From positions 59,613,977 through 59,677,976 of the forward strand of contig NC_068984.1 in NCBI RefSeq assembly GCF_001194135.2: a DNA stretch of 64,000 nt, read 5' to 3'. The position numbers and the translations under genes were made by a program. How positions within the stretch are numbered: position 1 is the stretch's first letter; the number at the start of each line of letters is the position of its first letter. Shown here one piece after another: positions 37,467 through 49,967 of this stretch. The notes beneath the pieces were generated by a model. The model searched no databases, had not been told where the DNA came from, and saw nothing but the letters and a program-made list of their open reading frames with translations. This DNA comes from Octopus bimaculoides. Taxonomy: Eukaryota.

Positions 37467-39365
37467 TATTTTGCTTTACTTCTCAGAGCTCTCAATCTTA
37501 CTTGCTCCAGTTAATTCTGTGAGAGAAAACTTGTTGTCAAAGGTCTCTCAGGGTCTCCCTTCTACAAATTATAACACTTGGTACCTGGATGTTAAGTATC
37601 ATGGAAGATACTCAACACCCAAGTACCAATCTCAAAATCCTTGCTGCTCCCAATGGAGCAGTTTTTTGAGCATGGTCTACCCTTATGTCAATTCCATTAT
37701 TATTATCATTATTGTTGTTGCTGTTTTTATCACTAGCATCACAATCATTATCATCAACCCTGAGTTGATGAAAGGAAAAGTCAACTTCAGCGGGATTTGA
37801 ATTCAGAACATGAATGGATGTAACTAAATTCACTATATGTTTATTTGACACTACAGATTCTGCTATAATAATGAAAATAACAGCAACAACAATTCTTGTT
37901 GTAATCAGTTTACTACATCAAGATGAATGAAATAGTAAAGTGCAAGACTGAAAGATTGCATGATATCCAAGGTAAAATGCTTTCCAATTCTGAAATCAAA
38001 TCAGTCTCTGGTTAATTTTACACCTGAAAGAAGGAGGAAAAGAAGGGGGCAAGGTTTGTGTCTTTCTTTACAAAAGAATTTCTCATAACTCTCACCAACT
38101 GCAGAAGTAGTAGCAGATATAGTAATGAGGATGAGGAAAGTGGATTTGGTTAAGTCCCACATGTGCTAAACATGCTGTATTTTTTTAAACCTTTTTTTTA
38201 TATGCTAAAATATTATGGCTCAGTCCCACACTGCTCTGAGAGCAATTAGTGTCGAAGTTCACTGATTCTTGTTTTAATTTTATCACAATTCAGTCATTAA
38301 AATAAATAGCACTGAGAATATGAGGTCAAACTGAGAATAACATCCATTGGCCTGTGTATAACAAGCGTGTGTGTATGCACACACACACACACACACGTAC
38401 ATCATTATCACTGCTTTAACGTTCAGTTCCCCAAGCCTGCATGGATTAGACTGAATTCATTGAAGCAGATTTTCTATGACTGGATGCTCTTCCTACCACC
38501 AATCCTTATATGTTTCTAAGCACGGTAATATTTTCTCACAGCCAGATATTTTTATACTGAAGACTGGTAACGAATGACTCCTGATGCTTGTTTATAACAA
38601 TCCTGAAACATCAAGAGAAGAAGAAACACACACATACACACAGTAGTGCAGATAAATGTGAATAGGTTTGATGTATATAAATATACACACATATACAACA
38701 GCGATATATTAAACCTGTCTGCATTTATCTGCATCACTATCTCCATATCACCTGGAGTTCTCTTATGGCCACTCTTTATCTTGTAGACCTAGTCCTTAAT
38801 AAATACTTCAGAGTTTAAGTTCAAATCATTTGAACACAGTTACGTGTTTTCTATACTGAGCATTTCTAGATATCACCTATTGACTGTATAAATATAAATA
38901 CATATATACAATAGAACCTTGATTTTCGAAATACTCTGAATTTCTCAAAATTCTTCTAAAGGTTATTTGGATCTACTTGTCATACATGAAAATTTAGCTT
39001 GGCTGTGTAATCTACTTACATTTACTGGTGTCTAATTGTTGGATATTGTTAACTAAATTCTTTCAGAGCTGAGTGCTTTATTGTTGATATCTACCTGGAT
39101 TTTTAATCCCCTTTTTCTAATATATATATATATATAAATACACAAACACAAACACGCATGCAGACATACGAGGAGTGAACGAAAAGTTATAACCCGTCAA
39201 GGCATTTGAACCTTGAAGTCTTGTACCATGTTTTGTTTTTTTAAGGCTCAAGACTTTTCATACACCCCTCATACACATGCACTTTCAATATATAATTTAT
39301 ATATATATTTCTCTATTTACAGTTTTCAATAAGGATATAATAATAACAATAATAAAAATCAAAAA

Positions 39366-39648
39366 CAATTGCAGCGTGGAAGGTGTTTATAAGCCATTTA
39401 AAATACACACAAAAACCATTAGATTCACTTCAACATTTAAATTTAATTTGCCAAAATATTCTCGTTGCTTTGAGACTGCGACCTGATCACTGACAAAATT
39501 CCATGCAGTACAGAATTTTGTCAGTGTTCTGGTCGCAGTCTGAAAGTGATGAAAATATTTTGGCAAATTAAATTTAAATGTTGAAGTGAATCTAACGGTT
39601 TTTGTGTGTATTTTAAATGGCTTATAAACACCTACCAGGCTGCAATTG
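39366..39648. repeat. near-perfect 283-bp inverted repeat (136-bp arms, 11-nt spacer)
   Basis: Arms 39366-39501 and 39513-39648 are reverse complements with about 10 mismatches counted by eye. Spacer CATGCAGTACA. Confidence 0.95.
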
Positions 39649-40584
39649 CTTTTGTTTCAGCACACGATCTCAGATCAGGTCACTTGCTATGCAAGTACAT
39701 CTCTGTAAAAATAATAAAAATGTTGAACTGTTTCCTTACAATGTGTGGAGTATCTTCTGTATTGGTATGTCTGTAAATGATCATTTTGGGGAGCTGCCTG
39801 GAACATCATGAATCTTGAATTAAACCAACAGTGATACTTTCAATGCAACCGTTATAACATGGATATCTGCAATTTTGAAAGTCTGATGGAGATCTGAAAC
39901 AAATTTAGAAAACAAAAACAGGATTATTAAAAAGCAGAGTAATAAACATATATAATATATATTTGGTGGGTTTAATGAAGGGAAGAAAAAAGTACCCAAT
40001 ACCATAAGAAGAATATTGTAGTTCATTTTGGCAGGATTTATAGTCTGTGATCTTGTGTTTTCCCAACATGTCAGTTTCTCAGATAGGGAAAACCTTGATC
40101 CACTTTTTTTTTTTAACTCTTTTGTAATTATATGTATGATGAAATCTCCTGTTGAAGATGATGTATGGGTGTTTAGTTTTTGTTGAATGACCTGCACAAT
40201 TGATTTGCTTATAGTGATAAAATGTATGTGCTGTACATTAGCTCACTCTCTCCATCAAATTAACATTGCCTGAACAAGCGCATGGTGTACTGCACGTCAG
40301 GTGGTGAAATGATCAAGAACACAATGCATCACTTGATCTGGGAATCAAAACCATGATCTCACAAAAGTGAGTGCAACACACTAACCATTAGGCTATACAC
40401 CCTCACATTACACACATGTATGCACACACACACTTTATTTAGGCTGAGCCAGTGGTCTATTACTCTGGACTCCATTAACATGTTGCTGGTTCCCCTGGAG
40501 AAAGCTGAAAAAGCTGTTACCTCCTATGGCAACAAAAATTTTCTCCCTCAGAGTAAAAGGTAGATTGTATGATGCTTGTGTATG

Positions 40585-40952
40585 AAACAGCAATGCTCCA
40601 TGTTAGTGAGCATGGGCGCTGAATGCAGAGGAGGTGCAAAGACTGGAAAGGAATGAAGCCAGTATGCTCTGATGGATGCACAACATCAGTGTGCAAATTT
40701 GTTGAGAGAAAAGTTTGGTATAAGAAAAATCAGATGTAGTATGCAAGAGAGAAAACTGATGGTTTGGACATGTGGTGCATATTAATGAAGACAACTGTAA
40801 AAAGTGCAACTGCTTAAAATGGATGGAACCTGTGGAAGATGGAGACCCAGGAAGACATGGCATGAATTAGTGAGGGCTGATTTCAAGATGTCAAACCATC
40901 CAATCTATGCCAGCATGAAAAACAGATGTTAAATGATGATGATGATGATGAT
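40585..40952 (+). mobile_element. RTE-type LINE 3' end
   Basis: Degenerate WFGHVVHINED...GRPRKTW region followed by ccatccaatctatgccagcatgaaaaacagatgttaaa(tga)n. Confidence 0.7.
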
Positions 40953-43900
40953 ATATACACACATATATATTATGGCATTTGAACCTCAAGTGTATGCCCT
41001 GGTACTTGCCATTATCTATATTTCTCTCTTCTTTTACTCGACTATCTCATTTATACTCTGATCCCCGTCCCTTGTGAGTATGCCTGGCATTTTGCCACCA
41101 TTTCCATCCTGCGGTTTCCCAGTCTCTCTCTTTCTCTTTCTCCTGCACTTCCCTCAGATTGGACAACCGTGTATTTTCTTTGCGGTAGCACACCTATTTC
41201 TGTCTTCATACCTGATCTTTCTCTCTCCAGCTGGGTAACCTTGTACTTCCTCTACAGCAAGACACCTGTATCTGTCTCACTATAACCTTTTCATCATCAC
41301 CTCCTCCAATGCCTCCTTCCCTCTTAGAAGTTTTTGTCTTGCAAGTACTTGGTGACCCTGTCAGTGCAGGTACCACTTAAAAGCACCCAGTCCACACTGT
41401 AAAGTGGTTGGTGTTCGGAAGGGCATCCATCTGTAAAAACCTTGCCAAAACTGACCTCGCCTGTGTTTGTGCCACACAAAAAGCACTAAGTCCACTCTGC
41501 TGAGTGGTTGGTGTAGGAAGGGCATCTAGCTGTAAAAATCCTACCAAAACAGTCACAGAAGTCTTGTGTAGGCTTCAGCCTGGCTGGATCTTGTAGTACC
41601 ATCCCACCTATGCTAGCATGGAACACAAACATTAAATGATGATGATCATATTCACATGTATGTACACACACATGTAAGTATATTTTTAGCAATATGCTAA
41701 TTTTCATGTGGTTAACAATAATAAATATCACATTAAAGTCAGGAGTCACTTTACTATGCAAGGATACACCTGTTGATACAATTGCACACTGTGGTGGAGT
41801 TGATTCTATATCAATGCCCTCTGCTTATACAAGAATAATCTGAATCATGTAATTTGGTAGCATTTGTATGAAGCACTATTTTGGACACTATAATGGCATA
41901 CACACACACACACTTTTAAACCAGTGTTACTGTTATGCAAGTGGTGTCCATTTCCAATTTTCCATGAAAACATGTCTGAGCATGGTGAAATATTACCTTC
42001 CTTTAAATAGGCAAGGGTTGATGACAGGGAAGGTATTCAGCTGTACAAAATCTGTTTGAACCATGCAAGCAGGGAAAAGTGGAAGTTTCATATATTAAGT
42101 GGATGATATTTTTAACTAAGAAGTTACATCTGTATCTATTTGATAGTCCAAGTGCTTCAATTCTGTGTATGTACATATATTTACTCAACTACCGTCATTT
42201 ATCAATGGTTTCTCCCATAGTTTTGATGTACCATTTTCTATCATTAGTAAAAATGTTTGCATTTTTAATGACATGGGTTTGCTAGTGAAATTAGAACCTG
42301 AACCAGGGTTTTTGTGTCAATAAAGTAAACTGAGGAAAGCAGTTATGCGTCTTGCTCAGGAGGGCATAGGCACAATACAATGGCTGTTGTGTAGTAAGGT
42401 CTGAACTCATCATGTCCATGCAGTCAGTAATAAATCAGTACTTTAATCTCATAGCCATTTATATAATAAAAAAAAAATTATCAGTTTTCAATATTTCTCA
42501 TGTAATTATTATAAAACATAATATAGAAAGAATGTGTGTATGTGTATGGGGAATAAATGACTAATATGATAAAAAAAAACTACAAAAAGAAAAAATACAA
42601 GCATCTCTGCATCTATTTAACTGTTGTAATTCAGAAAAAATGTTTCTCTTTTATGTCTGCCTATTTCTTTTCATCTAATAATGAATGTACTTTCTGCTTC
42701 CCTACCGCTCTGTTTTCCTTGCATTTACTGTCCATCTTTCTCTTTCTCCACTTTACTATATATCTATCTTCTCTTTGATTGTTGATCTTTCCCTAGTTTC
42801 ATTTCTCCAAATGGCTTTTCTATTTCTGTCTTTTTTTCTTCATTTCTCACCATTTTTGATTCTCTCTCTCTCTCAGTTGTTATTATTAGCTTAATTATTA
42901 TGTTCCCATCCATTTCTTTACCTAACATTGCCTTCCTCTCTTGCTTCCCTCAAAAGCCATGTTAGAAATATTTTGCTTTCTGTTTCTGTCAGAAATACTG
43001 TTTGAATTGCTTTACTCACCAAGCGACTTTCATTTTTTGTTGTTTTCTGCGCTTCATTTAAAATTCTAAACTAATGAGAGACACAGGCCATTTTAATTGT
43101 GTTGGAATTTTTAAGAAATAGAGATGAGTAAGGTAATTGTGCATCCTATTACTGTGGATTTTTAATATGAAAATGTGTGTGTATGTATGTATGTAGGTCA
43201 TTGTTCAGTTTTATTTCAATATTTCTTGCCAATAGAGAAAGAGCTGGTTTCTAATCTAAATCCAAAGCTCTTTCATTGGAATTTTAACATCAACAGAGTA
43301 TTTTTGCAAGTATGTGTGCATATGTGCGGTATTTGGCGTCAGTGCATGTGCAGATGTGTGTGTGTGCACATGCACCTGTCTGTCTATCTATCTATATGCA
43401 CACACACACATGTATATGCATACACACACATGTATATGCATACACATGAAAAGTAATGTGTTCTATGCAAAAAGAAAGCATGTTTTTTTTATTTTTTATA
43501 TTTGTATTTGTAAATCTTTGCTAATTGCAAGAGTGATTCATCGTAAAACTCACACATTTCAGACAAGGTTGTAAGTTTGAATGTTTTGAGTGATTGAAAC
43601 AAATGTCTTTTTTTTTTTTTTTTTGTACACCATTTCAGCTCTTGTGTACTTTGATTTAACTGAGATTAGATCTAAGCTTATTTAGTTGTCATTGCTGTTG
43701 TTTAGTCTAAAGTCAGATCAGATATTGCAAATCTTTGATCAAAAGACATTCCAGTAGTGGCCATCCTATTTTTTCCCCTCCCTCAGTAGAGCCACATCAT
43801 ACAATATATCATTTTTTTTCTTTAAAGATGATAGAATGTGATCAAAGGAAGATTTAGCTGTTATTTCTAGAAAATCAAGTAGAGGATCTCTTGTTGGCTC

Positions 43901-45090
43901 AGAAGCCTATTTAGTAATTCCTAGAAGTAGATCAATATCCTTTGGCAAACATTCCAGGAGAGCTGGATGAATATGTGCCTTGGTTATGGCTTTCCTATTC
44001 AAATCCCTTAATCCTTCTTTCATCAACTGTCATTTTCGCTCTGCTGTCCCTTTCCCATACAATGAAGCGGGTATTTGATCAATGTTCATTCTAATTGATT
44101 TATTCCCATCCGGGTATAGGTGGGAGCATGACTGTCTGTTGATAAGGAATTTGCTCCACAATCATGTTGTTCTGGGTATGATTCCACCACTGAGTGTTTT
44201 CTCTCACAACATTGGGTCAATCAAAGCTTTGTGAGGGATTTTTTAGAGAAGCAGACTGAGCAGAGGAGGCCTGTGTATGTAGATATATATTAGGATTTCA
44301 ATTAGAGAGAGAGAGAGAGAGATCTTTGCCTATTCTAAAATAACCATAGATTACACACTTATGCATATCTACATAAAGGGAGGATAGTAGTAAGGGTTAC
44401 ATAAACAGGGAAAGCAATATAGAAGGAGAATACAGTGATAGATGAAAAGAAAGGTGGAGGGAATTAAGAAAATAAACGAGAAAAAACAAGGTGAAAAATT
44501 GGATGGAAGAGAGAAAAAGGCAAAAAGAACAATTGTGTTCATGTGCATGCATGCACATTTTATGTGCATATAAATGCATATAGCTATGGATGTAAATAAA
44601 GTTTGTGCACACACACACACATAGGTGTACAAACACACATATGCATATATGTTTATGTGTGTGAGTGTATGTAAAGAGTGTAAAGTGGAATGGTGATTAT
44701 TGAAGTTCAAACAATGTTTTTTAAATGTTTTACATGGCACAGTTCATTTAAGCTGTAATCTGGAAAGAAGCCAGTTGTGAATGGCAGGATATTAGTCATT
44801 TGGAAGAACTGGAGCTAGAACAGCACCCAATCTCATTCGGTACTTTTTATAGACATCTAAATTATCCAACTAAACTTAGCAATATACTGTTGCACACAGT
44901 ATCATTGTAGGGGTTGTTGTTATTCAATCCAATGTCAGCTACGATAGAGCAGACCTATCTATTATAAAAATGTTTCAGTTCTGACTATCTTATTTGGAGC
45001 TGTTTCCAAACATATTGTAACTAAAACTAGATACCCACTATTTAATTGTCTTTCGTTTTTTTTTTTTTTTTTTTTTAAAGATATTTTGGT

Positions 45091-45353
45091 CAATGGTTCT
45101 CAAACATGTGCAGTGATGCAAGAGGTATGTGGGTGCACTGGATTTTAAAAAAATATAATTTGAGGCTTTTGAAAATTCATGTTGATTCATCAGTGTCTTG
45201 AAAAATGAATTATTCATAATTTTTTGTCATATACAAGTATGATTATTAAAATAAAGTAAAGAATTTTCTCTATCTTTTTTCTAAATTTTTAACTATAAAA
45301 CAGTTTATTTGATCTCTAGTAGGCTATGAAATCAAAAAGATTGAGAAACACTG
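45091..45353. mobile_element. old hAT-like MITE
   Basis: Termini CAATGGTTCTCAAAC and GATTGAGAAACACTG. No TSD. Confidence 0.45.
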
Positions 45354-45510
45354 CACAGAATGATTTGAGGAAGATATGGACGCTATTTCTAACAAATAAA
45401 GAGACCATGCTGAAGTTACCTTGTCACAGTGGTTGCTAGTAAGTTTTTTATTTTCATTGTGTATATGAGTAGAAGAGTTTCTGTTCCCTTTTGGTACAGT
45501 AAAAAAATAT

Positions 45511-45967
45511 AGGTGCTGGCATAGCTGTGTGGTAAGAAGCTTGCTTCCCAAACACATGGTTGGGGTTCAGTCCCACTGTGTGACACTTTGGTCATGTGCT
45601 TTCCACTATGGTCTAGGGCCAAACAAAACTTCATGAGTGGATTTGGTAGACAGAAAGTGAAAGAAGTCTATCATATGTGTGTATGTGCATGTCTGTGTTT
45701 GTCCTCCCTCCACACACTCAACAATCAGCAAAAAGGGTTCACTAGAATAAGTGCCAGGCTTAAAAATAAATACTGGTGTCAATTTGTTCAACTAAAGGCG
45801 CAGGAGTGGCTGTGTGGTAAGTAGCTTGCTTACCAAGCACATGGTTCCGGGTTCAGTCCCACTGCGTGGCATCTTGCGCAAGTGTCTTCTACTATAGCCT
45901 TGAGCCGACCAAAGTCTTGTGAGTGGATTTGGTAGACAGAAACTGAAAGAAGCCCGTCGTATATATG

Positions 45968-46012
<45 letters not shown>

Positions 46013-46201
46013 CCCTAGCATTGCTTGACAACCGATGCTGGTGTGTTTATGTCCCCGTTACTTAGCGGTTCGGCAAAAAGAGACCAATAGAATAAGTACT
46101 AGGCTTACAAAGAATAAGTCCCAGGGTCGATTTGCTCAACTAAAGGCAGTGCTCCAGCATGGCCGCAGTCAAATGACTGAAACAAGTAAAAGAGTAAAAG
46201 A
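45511..46201 (+). mobile_element. head-to-tail dimer of a tRNA-derived SINE with internal (GT)n
   Basis: Copy 1 (45511-45799, diverged) and copy 2 (45796-46201) share the head GGCGCAGGAGTGGCTGTGTGGTAAGTAGCTTGCTT...GGGTTCAGTCCCACTG. Copy 2 has the tail (AGTAAAAG)n. Reverse fragments of this family lie at about 21390-21500, 24140-24305, 36640-36760, 51040-51420, 54720-54910 and 60330-60600. Confidence 0.82.
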
Positions 46202-48356
46202 ATATACATACATATGTATATATTCTTTGAAAAAATATAAAGCTCAAGATGGTGCCTCAGCCTAGCAGCAGTTGAAAGATTGAAACAACTAAAAGATACT
46301 CCTTATACACCTAAACTACCTCCCTAAGCTTAATAACATATTGTTTAAGAGCAACTACTGTTGTTTAGTTATCCGTTAAGACAGTTGGATGTCTACAGTT
46401 AGACCACATTAGGTGAAAGCATTTTTTTTCTTGATGCACTATGAAGAAGACATTGCAAATGAGGCACCAACCATAATTTCTATCCTTATCTCAATAATCC
46501 TGATGACAGAAGCTCTAAGAAAATCTAGGAGCAGAGACTGTTGTAATAGTAATAAGTGGCATCAAATAACATTTGTTGGCAGTTCTTCAGTGTAGGGTCT
46601 ATTTTATTGAGTGTTAATGATGTTGAGAGGGTGAAATGTATCTGGACATAGTAATAATTAAAAAGAGAGAATTTGATTGGTAAAGCAATTTTTATCATGA
46701 TAAAGTAGGTTAGAGGGTGGTGTGAATGTGTGCTAGGATGGTGCTTCTTACCCAAAGGCTTCAGTTTGCAGGTGATAATTCTTGAGTGTAGTTCATAATT
46801 GTATGGCTTAGCCAGAATATTCTGATGTCAGACATGGCTGGAAGGTTTTGTTTTCCCCAAATGCTTCAGAGCCAAGGTCAAAGAAAATACTGGTATATGG
46901 GTTTGAAGAGAACGCTTCTTCCCAGAGGTTCTGATCCTATGTAATAGGACATTTAAGAGTGGGGAGGGAGGGAGAGAGAGAGAGAGAGAAAGGGGGAGAG
47001 AGAGAAAGAGAAAGAGAGAGAGAAACTCAAGTGTGTTTAACTGATAAAGACTAAGATTAGAACAGATTCAGTATGATGGTTAAGCTACCAACAGGGCCAA
47101 TTCCCCTATCGCATGTTAACTCAGTTGCTAATCTAAAGAAATGATTTCTTATAACAGTTGTTAGTACAGATGAATCTCTTGCAATTGAATATCCTTATGT
47201 TGTTGTTGTTATTATTGGTACAGCCTTCTTGTTGATGGTGCCACCTTCTCATAACCTGTATTGCAGCTGCATTGCTAAACTATTTAGGGGTTGTTGATTT
47301 ATAGAATTTGGTAGTGTATGGGGTGTGTACATGTATGATGTAGTGTAATATATAGAGTTGTTTTTGTTTGTTTCTGTTCATTTAGCTATCCCAGACAGGT
47401 AGGTCAGGAGTAAAGTAAATTGCTGCCAAATCGGAAGAAAACTGGTAGAGGCTGGCCAGTGTGTGTGTGTGCGCGCGCGCGCTTGTGTGTGTATGTGTGT
47501 GTACAAACAGAATATTATATATCTAAAGTGTAATATATATTTGATTTATTCTGAACTACATTCAAAGCCATATTTTGAATGTGTCTAAATCAAGTAGAAA
47601 TAATAAATATTTATAATTGAAAAATAAAATGAACTTAAGAGAAATAAATTGAATAGGTCAATGACATGAATTTTAGGTAAGTCATTTAGTGAAGGTATAA
47701 TGTACTGAAATATGTACATGTTGTGATGAGAGTTATTACACCTCCTTGCGAGAGATAAACTGATCCAAGTAGAGTATAAATAGTAATGATCCAAGTGAGT
47801 TCAGAAGTTCAGAGTTCGGAGCTGAGTGAAGTTCGTGTTGGTTTGCAGGGGAGTTGGAAGGCGCTAGTTGGTTAGTTTGCAAGGAATATTGATTGTTGGT
47901 TCGTAAAGAGATTTGTCTGGTTATTTATCTTATTTATGGTACATAAGTTATGTTACAACATCTGGCAATGAGGTTTTCGAAGCTCATGTAAGTTATTTAA
48001 CAATTTGTTCGTGATACAACTTGTTAAATAATGGAAGACCTATTAGCTTCCATAGTACAGTTGCAAAAGCAACAATAAGAGTAGCAACAGGAGTTGTAGA
48101 AGCAATTACAACAACAATTATTGGAGCTATATTCAAAGAAGTTCAAAAATGAGGTAAGTTTGTTTTTGGCAGATCGCATTTCAAACTCAATTAATGAATT
48201 ATAACCCAGAGGAGGGTATAACTTTTTGCATCATACTACAGAAGGTATGAGGAGATTTTTAAGCAAGATTCCAAATCATGGTCAGACAAACAAAAAATGA
48301 TATTGTTATTTTGAAAATTAGCTCTGTTAGAGTATGAACATTACTGTAATTTCATA

Positions 48357-49178
48357 TTGCCCAAAATACCCAATCAAGTTTGTTTTAAAGAAACAATAAA
48401 ATTACTTTCCAACATATTCGATGATAGAACTTCTCTATTTAACACTCAAATAGACTGTGGGAATATAATGAAAAAAGAGAATGATGATTTTATCACATAC
48501 GCAGGAACAGTCAACAGAATGTGTGAAAGTTTTAACCTCAAAGAACTTACACCTGAGATGTTCAAGTGTCTTATTTTCGTACAAGGCCTTACAGCAAGCA
48601 AAGATACAGAAATTTGGGTAAGAATTCTTTCTAAATTGGAACAAGCAAACCGAGATCTAACCTTACAGTCCATGGCAGAAGAATGCCAAAGGATGGTAAA
48701 CCTGAAACACGATGTAGAAAATATTCAAGGAAAGGATTCCTCAAAAATACAGATATGCCGACCAGGAAAGAACAACCAAAGAAGAATGTTACGTTCTAGT
48801 CCATGTTATGGATGTGGATGGGGCTGGATGCATTTCAGGAAAGACTGTCCATTTAAAAATCAAAAATGTTACAGTTGCAATAGAATTGGTCACAGGAGTT
48901 CATACTACAAAACAATATTACAAAGGTCAAACATTAAAAATCCTAGAGTGCTCTCCGCAGAAACAAAAATCGACTCCCAAATAAGAAAATTTGTGCAAGT
49001 AAAAATAATACATATTAAACTTCAATTGGATACTGGAAGTGATATTTCAATAATAAATATGGGCATATGGAAGAAAATGGGGAAACCCATGTTGAGAAAA
49101 ACAGTAAAATCTGCTCATACCGTGACAGGCAACAAATTACATTTCATAGGTGAAATGTGGACTCGTACCACATTTTGA
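48357..49178 (+). pseudogene. gypsy gag-protease fragment
   Basis: 273-aa ORF with two CCHC-like knuckles and an aspartic protease DTG motif. The upstream gag from ATG 48031 is broken by stops. Confidence 0.85.
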
Positions 49179-49454
49179 GGGAAAATATGCAAGGCCAAAA
49201 TCTTTGTCATTAAAAATGCAATTGATCTGTTGGGTACTGATTGGTTAGAATTATTTAGTTTATGGGGCCTCCCCATAAATCTCTATTGTAAAAATGTAAA
49301 TGGTTGTCCCTCTAAAAATAATTTGTCTGAAGAATTAAAGAGAAAATTTTTAAAAATGTTTTCCACAAGTACTCTTAGACAAACTAGGTCTATACACAAA
49401 GACCGAAGTGTGTTTTGAATTAGATGATAACGTTACACTTGTGTTCAAGCTTAA

Positions 49455-49967
49455 TTGGATGATGAGTTGGACAGATTGGGAAAAAACGGAATCACTGAAA
49501 AAGTGGATTATGCAAAATGGGCAGCTCTGACCATATGCATAAAAAGGAAATTAGTGAAAGCATGTAGAGGCTGCATATTGGTGACTAAAGAACCACCACC
49601 AAAATACCAATCGTGGCCGGAGACTGAGATCCCATGGTCCAGGATACATATCGACTACACTGGACCAGTGAACAGTGCATACTATCTAATCATTGTGAAT
49701 AGCTATACAAAGTGGCCAGAGGTATGCAGATGTAATAAACTCACAGCAAAGACAACAATAAAGTTCCTACTCGAGTTATTTGCTCGATATGGTGTTCCAG
49801 ACATTTTAGTTTCAGATAATGGAATACAATTCACGGGATATGAATTAAGAAATTTCTGCAAAATACATGCCATAAAAGCACATCTTTATCCATCCCTACC
49901 ACCTGAGGTCAAATGGGAAGGCATAAAGATTTGTCAACACATTCAAAAGAGCTCTAAAGAAAGCTAG
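49455..49967 (+). pseudogene. gypsy fused RT-start/integrase fragment
   Basis: ELDRL..GITEKVDYAKWAALTICIK (start of RT) runs in frame into KLVKACRGC and the integrase core. Confidence 0.85.

Noticed and set aside
37900-38023. Very strong minus-strand acceptor (gcccccttcttttcctccttctttcag)
   Set aside because: All three frames close within 10 codons and no donor follows. It is probably a purine-rich tract.
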